From assembly GCA_052327205.1 (NCBI GenBank), contig CM126207.1:62310001-62374000 (forward strand): a DNA stretch of 64,000 nt. The letters run 5' to 3'. Position 1 is the first letter of the stretch; each line of letters starts with the position of its first letter. The notes beneath the pieces were generated by a model. That model was given only the letters and a program-made list of their open reading frames with translations, was not told the origin of the DNA and did not search any database. Below, in pieces: positions 27,026 through 36,859 of the stretch. The stretch comes from Somniosus microcephalus (lineage: Eukaryota). The translations under genes and the position numbers were made by a program.

Positions 27026-27731
27026 GGCCCGTATTTTCCGATCGCAGGCCTCCCGCGGATGGAGGACTGCGATCTGGAAAAATCTGCGCCCTTACCTGAG
27101 GGCTCCCGGGACACGCACACTTCTGATGCTGGACCTCACCAAACTTGAAGTGCGCAGGGCCCACGTATCCCAGAGGCGCAGGTAGTTCGCAGTGTCCTTG
27201 AGACCACGTGGGCCATGGGGAGCCAATCACAGAAGGGAATCTCCCTTCATACATTTGACAGGAAGACCTGTCAAATATATGAATGGAGATCAATGAAAAA
27301 ACATAGTAAAACTTTAAATAAAAATTTTTTTAATCACATTTTAAAATGACTTGAAATTACAATAAATTAAGTATTTTAAACAAAAATTTACCTTTTTAAA
27401 AAATATTTTTAAATGATAAATCAGTGAATTAAAAAAATAAAAAACTTTTTTTCAACTCTTATCCTGGTTAAAGCAGGCCTTGCGCCTGCTTTTACCAGGC
27501 GTAAGAATTGTAAGGGTTTTCTGTGGGCGGAGGGTTTCCAAAAAGCGGAACTATCCGCCCGCAGAGGCCCTTCTCCAGGGCAGCCGGAGGATCTGTCAAG
27601 AGGATTCTGGACAGATCAGAAATGCCGGTTTCCAGAGCATGTGCTGTACATGCCTGAAACTGGCATTTCCGATGTCCCTACGGGTGGGTACACAGCGCGT
27701 ACCCACCCGTAGGGATTGGCATATCCGGGCC
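27026..27731 (+). mobile_element. MITE family A, copy 1 (PIF/Harbinger-like, hairpin-rich)
   Basis: TIRs ggcccgtattttccgatc / gattggcatatccgggcc with att/aat flanks. GC-rich ends, AT-rich core, colinear with 50267-51033. Confidence 0.75.
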
Positions 27732-28354
27732 AATGTTTCACAACAGTCAGCGTGTTGTGCTGTGCAACTCAGTTCATCAGCAACACTGATTGATGGGAAC
27801 TGAATAAGTCGCATTCCGTTTTTACTGCATTGGATTCCCGGATTTAAAAAAAAAATGTTTCAGGATCAAATTTCGTGATTGTCCATTTTCCATGAAAACC
27901 ACAAATGAGTGGCCTTGATTATTGTTACATTTTCTTTCATCTATGCTCCCTGCAAAGGGCTCACTGCTGCCCATACCCATTATCCTCAGCGCAAGTACTT
28001 ACTGATCTTCTCGCCCGAGTCTTCACTGCTTGGTCTCTTAAATGTTCACTGCCCCAGTTCTCTTGCATGCTCCCACACTCACTCATGAGTCCTCAAAAGC
28101 CACAATTGCCCCCTCCCCTGGGTGCTTCCAGATTATTACCCCACTCTCTCCTCACACTGTCCCTTGCTCCCATAGTACTCTGGCCCTATACCACCTGCTC
28201 CAGTCCTCCCATCTTGAGCACACACAAGTTTCTCTAACTTCTTTCTCATCCATGGATGTTATAGCAAGTTCCTAGACTGCCTGCTCCACCCAATTTATGT
28301 ATTCACCTCAATGTACATATTATCTGCACACCCTGGACTTCCAAAGATAAACCC

Positions 28355-28815
28355 CAAAGACTTGAGCACATTGTCTAAACTGACACTTTGGTGTGGTACT
28401 GAGTGGGTGCTGCACTGTTGGGTGAGGCAGTAACCAAGGCGGACGTAAAAATCCCATAGCGCTCTTTAAAGAAGATCAGTGGGTTCTCCTAGTGTCCAGC
28501 CAACATTTATCCCACGACCAACATCGCTGAAATAGATGATTTGGTTATCTGTCGCATTGCTGTTTGTGAAACCCACTTATCCTGGTGGCAGAATCTTAGA
28601 TCTCAAAAGTGGATCTATGATTCTGCTACTGGGATCCGGTTTAGCAGTGTGAACAGGAGCTGGTGCACGGATGCTAGAATTCAGCAATTCAACTAAACAA
28701 ACACCCATGTAATATCGGCAAATGTGGCAGTCAATTTACAACAGTGATTACACTTCAGAAGTGCGTTGAGGTGTCCTGAGGATATGAAAGGCACTATATA
28801 AGTGTGTTTGTTCAT
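28355..28815 (+). mobile_element. Deu-domain SINE (SacSINE1/AmnSINE-like) with L2-type tail, interrupted at 28570-28712
   Basis: ggacgtaaaaatcccatagcgctctttaaagaagatcag...ccaacatttatccc...attgctgtttgtg, then resumes with caacagtgattacacttc...gaaaggcactatataagtg. Aligns with 47565-47910. Confidence 0.75.
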
Positions 28816-30537
28816 TTTTTTTTCCTTTTGAGTAGATTGATGATTTTTTGATTAATAAAAGATTTGATTCTGTAAACTTATTTTCAGCAGTATTGTGCTG
28901 GAAAAAATACAGAGCTAGAGATTCACAGTACTGTAATTGTTTTTATTTTGGTGCTGAAATGCTACTGCAAGACTGAGGTGGGAGCGCTTTTGTGTTTTCA
29001 AACTTTGTACAACAGTGCATCAGTTGCCTTGGATGTATAGCTGAACATGGCCTAGATCCTTACAATAGCTGTTGGTTGCAATATGGAAATAGGTTTTACC
29101 TTCACTAGGGATTGTAGACATATTTGTAAAGAGTTAAATTTTGACCCTTGGAATAACTTGAGTGTTTTCATCGCCCTTGGGAGTGCTTATTTCAACTGCA
29201 GAAAATGGTTTAGACCTTAAAATTGCTATTTGCGACTGAGTTGGGGAACACTTCTACTCCTACAAGTCCTTAGGCTAAAAGTAAACTAGCATTTTTAAAT
29301 GCACTAACAAGTCTTCTAAATGTTATTTCCCAGCAGAGCTTTGCTCTTTCTCCCCCCCCCCCCCCCCACCCCCACCACCAATTGAATACTTCATTTAAAA
29401 TTTCAGCAAAAGGCGGAAATTGTGCTCTAGGAAGTTGACACTTTAAAATGTACCTTTGACTTCTTTGGCATGGAGAAAGATCATACAGTCACAGCTCGGC
29501 TTCCAGTCATGTGTTTAGTTATTTGTTTGAACATTTCTTCATGCTTGCTTGGTTCATTTCAAACGCTATTCACTTTGATTAGAAGTGGCAGTTCCAGTGC
29601 TCCAGTGGCTCCATCTCAAGTCATTTATTCAGAACAATGGTCTTAAATTGGCCTATGTTGAGGATATGTTTTATGGATTGCGTTTAAAACAGCGCACTCA
29701 AAGAATTGAAAAGAGTGATTGTGTTAGGTGTTAGAAAGAAAAATGAGACTTACTTTTCATATTATAAAGATCACAATTGGAAGGAGAAGGGCTCAGAAGA
29801 AGCTGGGAAAAGTATCTGGTTACTTCATAGGTGAGCTATTAATAATAACTATGGTTTCTTAATGCACAACTGTCTACGGTAATTTAATGCAGTAGTTAAG
29901 CTGGGTTTGTGGCCATCCCCAACTGGAACTGGATGATGGCTGCTAAACAGGACTACTCATTCCTTTTGGGTGGTGGCAAATTCTTGGTGTTGTCTTTATT
30001 TGTGCAAGTACATCTGACTTTGCAGGAAGCTTGAATCAAAGTATCTCCAGTGTAAAGCACAAAATGGACCTATGCTAAGCGTATTTAGTTCTTGCTATCC
30101 AGGTACAGTACTGATTTACTTCATGTACCATTTTTGCCCAGTACCTCCAGCACAGGATATTGTGGGTAGTTTTAAAGAGTCTACACTACACAATAACAGT
30201 GGAGTCATGTCTTTATAATAAATGATCGGTTTTAAGTGACTGTTGTGGGCCTGCTCTACAACAGCCAGTGGTTTGAAGTTGGTACCTGTGTAGGACAGTT
30301 TGAATTGGCAGCATTCTTTTATTTTGGTTGCTGCACATTGCTCCCTGATCAGGGAAAGTGGATTCTCTGCACATGAAAATTTGCATTGCAAACACAGGAA
30401 TCTGAAAGCAGGTTAAATTTTTTGATGTTTCTGAAGAGCTGACCTGCATCATTGGTAACAATTTAAAAAAAAAAAACATATTTTCATGGGATGGGTGCTG
30501 GAGATTATATTGCTGGAGAATGGAATACTTGCCATTG

Positions 30538-31681
30538 TGAAAGGATAATTACTAGTCCTAGCCCCTTTAAGGCTACCCCAGATCAGGCGTATTCCTCAGA
30601 TGTTCACTTTCAACTAAAGTTTGAGGTAGCCGAATCCTAAAGAGGCTTAATTTGGTCTAAAGGTCCGGACTATCTCTCCCTAAAGGAAAGGAACAACTTG
30701 AAAATGTTACCGTCCTCCAGATAGCACTTTTAATAAGTTTAGCAGACTGTAACATTCTGGGTATTATGAGGGTCTGGAAAACTCCCCCAGAATTCTGCAA
30801 CTCCTCACCAAAGAGTGTACAGTGATTGAGTTCGCGAGTTTGATACAGAAGTATTATGTGAGACAATTCTAAAAATATATAGATTTATTAAAGAACCGAT
30901 ATATACTTTACAGTTGGTGAGTCAATCGCAACATTAACAGTTCCAAAAAGAGAGAGCTTTACAATCTTATCAGAGATCCTTACTGTCAAATCTTAACTTC
31001 GCTAGTTTTACAGTTCTTAAAGTTTATTCAGGATATCCACCAAAATCAAATACAGTACCTTGATCCCCGGGGTACAAAGATTTGTAGATGTACAGAGCTA
31101 GCTCTGAAACCGAGAGTCGCTTTGCCCCTTTAAGCGAGTCTATTATCCCATTTGAGAGTTCAATATTCATACCCTTTCCCAGTAGTATTTCCTTTAATGT
31201 TTTCTGCTGATGTAAGCTAATTATCTCTAGTCTTGTTCCCAAAGATTCAGATTTCAGGAGCCTTTAACCTTCTGTTTCAATAAGGTTATTGATTCAGTGT
31301 CAACAACTTATCTTATCTTTGATGCGCTATCAATTACTCATAAAAGACTGAGAGTTAAGAGAGTAACTAAAGGCTTTTTATTAACAAAAGAATGAAGGTC
31401 TGCCTCGAGTGGTCGACCGGTCCAGAAATACAAAGGGCTGGGGAGCAGTCACCTTTATACTAGGACTTGTGGGAGGAGTCAGCCGAGGCATGTCCAGGCA
31501 TGTACACAGTGGAATACAAACAGTGGTTTACCACAATCTTAATAGCCAGAATGCTATCACAGCTTTTTCATCATTAGGTTTCTAGATTTCCAGACCCAGT
31601 TTGTCATGTTTTAATAAGGCCAGAATTCTTTCATAGAATGGTGTATTTTTCTGAATAGGTTATATTGCTTATTCCTTCACA
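30538..31681 (-). repeat. 3' LTR of the provirus (lacks ~215 bp of U3 and carries a nested solo LTR)
   Basis: About 12 substitutions and 1 indel versus the 5' LTR in the first ~290 bp by manual count. Segment ~33766-33980 is missing here. Preceded on the minus strand by the PPT. Confidence 0.95.
31320..31535 (-). mobile_element. Solo LTR (216 bp, Gypsy-like) nested in the proviral 3' LTR
   Basis: TG..CA termini and a 5-bp TSD ATCTT (31315-31319, 31536-31540). Minus-strand TATAAA followed by AATAAA. Absent from the 5' LTR. Confidence 0.9.
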
Positions 31682-31691
31682 CCCCACTCTT
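31682..31691 (-). promoter_or_regulatory. Polypurine tract (AAGAGTGGGG) abutting the 3' LTR
   Basis: Plus-strand ccccactctt lies immediately inside the LTR-initial TG. Confidence 0.8.
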
Positions 31692-31976
31692 GACCAAAAA
31701 TGAACTGCAGCATCAAGACAGAGTTTGGTCAATGTTACTAATAAGGTTGCAATAGCACGTTAATTTCACGAGCCTAATCATGTGTTACATGAAAATTCCT
31801 TTTAAGGCATCCCAGGACAATGTTTTGCCTTATTTTAAATTGAACACAAATTAAAAGGATGATAGGTATATTGTCATGCAATTAGCGAAATAACATGTAC
31901 TTAGAATGTCCAATTGGCATATGTACGTTCCGTAGAGGTGAGTTATTCATACGAGTCAAGGAGATGTCATTTGGAA

Positions 31977-32303
31977 CTAGCTGAAGCTTGACACATTGTT
32001 GCAGTGATCCAGTGTGAGGACAGATTCTTGTTTTCGTAAAGGCCTTGCCAGGAGCTCAGTTGATTCCTTCTCCACCCGCAGTGTTTTCCTCCTTCGTTGA
32101 AGTAACTCATTGATCTTTACTTGTTTTGGTTGTGACATTTTGCGAATCCAATTCCTGAGGTGTTGCCAAGCATCGTATGGAGGAGTCGGCGACACCGTCT
32201 GGCAGACCATCGTCAGTAGTTCGATCGCATCCATTTCCTGTGTCGTGCTCCAAGCTGGGTCTTGAAAGACAGTGTACGACTGCACCTTGTATTGTTCCTC
32301 CAT
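31977..32303 (-). pseudogene. ORF at the env position, overlapping the pol 3' end (candidate Env leader remnant)
   Basis: 108-aa ATG-initiated ORF starting just after TVSIDNLK and overlapping the pol frame until its stop at 32107. The assignment is positional only. Confidence 0.4.
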
Positions 32304-33048
32304 TTCGGTATCCCGCAGGGCATCTTTTGAGATTGTCTATGGAGACAGTTTTAAGAATATGCTTGCCATTCAACTGGTTAATATGTATTTTAACTGTTCT
32401 TTCGTTAATAACACAATGTATTTGAACAGGTTTTTGCTCGCACTTTTCCTGTACCCATTCTCCTGCTAGGGGTTGCCATGCTTTGTTTGTAGATTTTTTT
32501 TCTGCCTATTTGCCTCCCTTATCCTCTGTTACTACTTTTTAAAAATCTAACTGTCGGGTCAAGGAATCAGAGTGTAGAGGCAATAAAAGAACCAAGGGTA
32601 AGCGTTGTATGCATCTCAACCCCATACATCAGATAATATGGAGTTTTAGGGGACACTGTCCCTGATGCAGATGCGGGCACATTATTAAGTGATAGCTGCA
32701 CCTCCGGAATGACTTATTTCCCCTGATTCTCAACAGTTTGACCAATAGCTTTTTTACTTCCTGGTTTTTATGTTCCACCAGCCCCGCTGATTGCTGATGA
32801 CGTGGCGTGCTGTGCTCTAACCCAATCCCCCTTTGTTCGCAGTAGTCTTTGAAGACCTTGGAGACAAAGGCTCTGCCTTGATTGGAGTGTAAGATTTTGG
32901 GTACACCAGCTACAGTAATTATGTCAGTAATAGCATTGGCGAGTGCGTTTTCCGACACAGTTTTTGTGGGGACCAGCCAGCAGAAGGAAGTGCATCCATC
33001 TACAAGATGGATATAGATATAAATATAAGTACTGTATAGGGTTCTGTA
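32107..33048 (-). pseudogene. pol: Integrase (catalytic core plus C-terminal domain) of pol, frameshifted, foamy-virus-like
   Basis: Minus-strand blocks in order: YIYIYIHLVDGCTSFCWLVPTKTVSENA; VPKILHSNQGRAFVSKVFKDYCEQRGIGLEHSTPRHQQSAGLVEHKNQEVKKLLVKLL; frameshift, IPEVQLSLNN..KTPYYLMYGVE; frameshift, WQPLAGEWVQEK..KPVQIHCVINERTVKI..KTVSIDNLK. The first catalytic Asp region is deleted and the second Asp is replaced by Asn. Confidence 0.9.
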
Positions 33049-33064
33049 TCAACTCATTAACACA

Positions 33065-33078
33065 CACGTTGGGCGCCA
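33065..33078 (-). promoter_or_regulatory. Primer-binding site, tRNA-Lys1,2 type
   Basis: Minus strand reads TGGCGCCCAACGTG (14 nt of the canonical TGGCGCCCAACGTGGGGC), 2 nt (GT) downstream of the LTR-terminal CA. Confidence 0.9.
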
Positions 33079-33080
33079 AC

Positions 33081-34210
33081 TGAAAGGATTATTACTAGTC
33101 CTAGCCCCTTTAGGGCTACCCCGGATCAGGCGTATTCCTCAGATGTTCACTTTCAACTAAAGTTTGAGGTAGCCGAATCCTAAAGACGCTTAATTGAGTC
33201 TAAAGGTCCGGACTATCTCTCCCTAAAGGAAAGGAACAACCTGAAAATGTTACCGTCCTCCAGATAGCACTTTTAATAAGTTTAGCTAGAATGTAACGTT
33301 CCGGATATTATGAGGGTCTGGAAAACTCCCCCAGAATTCTGCAACTCCTCACCAAAGAGTGTACAGAGATTGAGTTTGATACAGAGTATTATGTGAGACA
33401 ATTTAAAAAATATATAGATTTATTAAAGAACCGACATATAATTTACAGTTGGTGAGTCAATCGCAACATTAACAGCTCCAAAAAAAGAGAGCTTTACAAT
33501 CTTATCAGAGATCCTTACACTCAAATCTTAACTTCGCTACAGTTTTACAGTTCTTAAAGTTTATTCAGGATATCCACCAAAATCAAATACAGTACCTTGA
33601 TCCCCAAGGTACAAAGATTTGTAGACTTAGAGCTAGCTCTGAAGCCGAGAATCGCTTTGCCCCTTTAAGCGAGTCTATTATCCCATTTGAGAGTTCAATA
33701 TTTATACCCTTTTACAGTGGTATTTCCTTTAAGGTTTTCTGCTGATGTAAGCTAATTATCTCTAGTCATTTTTCTGCTGACCCCTGCAGTTCTTAGTCAC
33801 CTCAGCTGGTAGCACTACAGAACCATGTCTCCTCTCTAGGTGTTCTAAATTTATCATAAAAAATGGCATAACAGCAGGTGCACTCCACCCGGTATCATCT
33901 TTACGAAGGCCGATGTTTGTTACTTTTATGTGCTTCTTTACGAGGTGTAAATTAGAACACCTTGTACCGGGTAACTATTGTCTTGCTCCCAAAGATTCAG
34001 ACTTCAGAAGCCTTTAACCTTCTGTTTCAATAAGGTTATTGATTCAGTGTCAACAACTTATCTTATCTCTATAGCCAGAATGCTATCACAGCTTTTTCAT
34101 CGTTGGGTTTCTAGATTTCCAGACCCAGTTTGTCATGTTTTAATAAGGCCAGAATTCTTTCATAGAGTGGTGTATTTTTCTGAATAGGTTATATGGCTTA
34201 TTCCTTCACA
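33081..34210 (-). repeat. 5' LTR of the provirus (1130 bp)
   Basis: Direct repeat of 30538-31681. On the minus strand it begins TGTGAAGG and ends CCTTTCA, with the PBS adjacent. Confidence 0.95.
33560..33706 (-). promoter_or_regulatory. Candidate LTR TATA box (33701-33706) and poly(A) signal (33560-33565; alternative at 33419-33424)
   Basis: Minus-strand GGGTATAAAT followed ~135 nt later by AATAAA. The TATA is mutated to TATGAA in the 3' LTR copy. Confidence 0.5.
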
Positions 34211-36081
34211 ATTGTAAGCATCATGCACTCCCAGTTAAGATATAATGCAGTTAGATGCATAGTAAAGCTCCATTCATTTGTTCTGCCTTAACATTTCACT
34301 TAGAACCTCACAGAACTGATGGAGCAGGTTTTTTACTGGGTAAGATTTGAATCAAGATCCCGGAGCTGAAAGGATTTAATCCAATACACCACCCAATTTT
34401 CTCAAAGATTTAAGTGTAAGTAGTTGCTTTGCACTATTTTCAGTGCAAGATGCAAAGCTGAAGTGTTATGAGGCTACTTCGTTGAGGTACGCTTGTCAGA
34501 ATTTGATCTAATCAGTTTGGTGACTTGAATCCGCAGCCATCCTTCAGGTTTTGTCAATTCAATATGAAACTTGCATCTGAGCAAGAACTGGTATAACTGG
34601 ACTTGATTCTCCTGCATATTATCCCAATAAATAAAATTGGGGGCACATTAAAATATGCTGTAAATAGTTGATGAAATGTTATGCAAGGTACCTGTAGGCT
34701 AAACATCAAATACATTAACTCATTTTGAATGTGTTTAATTTAAGCACCAATATGTGTAAATTGCAGGATTAAAGTTTTAACTTCATCATCACTGGTCCAA
34801 AATAAGTAGTTACTTGTTTACCTGCCTAATGACCTGCCTTTGTTGCTCTTATATTTCATGTAAATTGTATATGCTGCTTTAACTCTGCACTAATGTTGCC
34901 CAGCAATCTTTCACGTCACGAATGCTTAAGTCTTCTATATAGTGTACATTTATTGAGACTGCATAATACTGCTGAAAGACTATGGTGGCAATTTGCACAT
35001 TTAAGTAAGCAAGTATTTAGAAAGATAATTGCTGAAAAATGAATTGTTGCTTGATCCAAAAAGGGAATTGTCACCATTGAATCTGAGTTGTTAACAAAGC
35101 TAGAGAAACTGCAATTATCTAAACTCTCTTCCACGTGCCACCCATGGCCGAAAGGGCAGATTCGGCCTTTGTCAATGCTCAGGCACTTTTACTTTGAGAG
35201 AGTGCCATGAATGGCAGACATGCGATTTTCTTGTCAATGGTAATCTCAAATATAAAGGACCCAATCTCTGGAGTTCCAAGGGTATTGCATACCCAGATTT
35301 CTGTGAGCCATATGAGCTGCTGTTGGAAGTAAAGCTTCCTGTTTTAGCCTGCTAAATGCACAGAGCTGCTGCAGTGTACCTGGGTTCTTGCTTTATGCCG
35401 CTATTTTGCATCATGATGGATCGAGATACTTCAAGTGGTTTCCCAACCCTGCTATTTATATGGACGGGTGCATGATTCAGACAGCTTATGCTCCAGCTGA
35501 AAGAGGCATTTACTGAGCAGTGGCTCTTCTAAAAGTGCTGAGGATGAAAGTGAGGACATTAAATGGTCAAAAAGGTTTATTTACAATGCTCAAAATCCAG
35601 GATGTACCTATCATGACATCCCTACCCACCCATCTATCTACATGTATATGGAACGGCAAGGTTTGCGGACATGCACGTAGCACAGTCCACGGGAAGAAAA
35701 CTGCGAATTGAAATGATACCAACCAAAGTAAACGGTAGAGAATGATCATCAGTTTTGGTTTAAGTGTTGCTCTCCCAAGACTCCAACTTAAACGTAGACG
35801 TGTCAATATTAAGTTTGGTGCCAGAAAATGCATACTAGTAGTCCATCAACCACTCTCCCTGCAACTCTTGCGATTCAAACAGACTTTTGCTCTAGTGTTC
35901 CAATTAACTGTTGCGAAAACTTGATTTAGGTAATTTAAAAAAAAAGGAAATGTATATCCGGTTTCATAATGTGATAATACTGAAAGATCCCCTGTGACAT
36001 TGCCTATAGCAAGTGCGAAGGTATGGTGTTTTGGAAGAAATTTTGGTTTGGTGTAGCATTCATTACTGTAGGTGAGATGAT

Positions 36082-36859
36082 GGCCGGATTTTGCAATCAG
36101 CAGCGAAGGAATGACGCTCGCCATTCACCTCTCCGACAGCGGCCCACAAAGATTTGACCGGCTTTAGAGCGCAGACTTCCAGTCATCAGGCTTCTGTTCC
36201 AGTGCGGCGCCCTCTACAGGGATCTGTGGTGTCTTTGGCTAGGGCAAGAAACAATGAGGCGCTTTAACCAATCAGATTGAAGAATCCTCACTGAGACACG
36301 CAGAGTCCAAACCATGAAGTATAAATTAGATTTAAAAGATGTAGAGAAAGCAAAATAAAGATTGGGAAATACAGATGGGATAATGGGAGTGAGATAAAGA
36401 AAAACAGACAAAGTTTAAAAAAAAATGTAATTAAAATTTTTTAAAACAATCTTGCAATATAAATGTTCTTAGGGAATGAGACTCTACACGTGTAAAATTA
36501 ATTTTTCAGGGCCGGAGAGTTTAAGCAGTAATTATCACTTCTTATGTCGTTAGCTCACTCACTCCTGAATGCACTAGCCCTAACTTTTCCAGCCGTCTTT
36601 AGTGCGGAACTAGTGGGCAAGTACAGCAAGTTCACGCCATTAGTGATTTCAATGCTGAGTTCACACCATTAGTGATTTGAATGCCGAGTCTATCAGCGAG
36701 GACTGCAACAGCACACCCTATGGAGGAGCAGGGTATCTCTGACAGCAACTTCTGGATTTCCAAGTTTAACTGCGCATGTGTCGACCCCATAAGTTGCTGT
36801 AAGATAATAATGGCGACACTGGTAGCCTCACTGCTGTTATTACAGCAAAAATCTGGGCC
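36082..36859 (+). mobile_element. MITE family B copy (PIF/Harbinger-like)
   Basis: TIRs ggccggattttgc / gcaaaaatctgggcc. Homologous in inverted orientation to 56283-57008. Contains a 29-bp tandem duplication at 36629-36686. Confidence 0.7.

Larger units (their letters stand above)
25786..28712. repeat. Inverted duplication: arms 25786-25930 and 28570-28712
   Basis: ttacatgggtg...taagtgggtt is the diverged reverse complement of aacccactta...cacccatgtaa, ~145 bp. Confidence 0.9.
30538..34210 (-). mobile_element. Endogenous foamy-virus-like (spumaretrovirus-related) provirus, internally deleted
   Basis: Paired LTRs with TG..CA ends, ATTG TSD (30534-30537, 34211-34214), PBS-Lys1,2, PPT and a foamy-like integrase remnant. 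Confidence 0.9.

Noticed and set aside
25786-28712. Possibility that this inverted repeat is the TIR pair of a 2.9-kb DNA transposon
   Set aside because: The right arm interrupts a SINE that continues beyond it. No TSD and no transposase.
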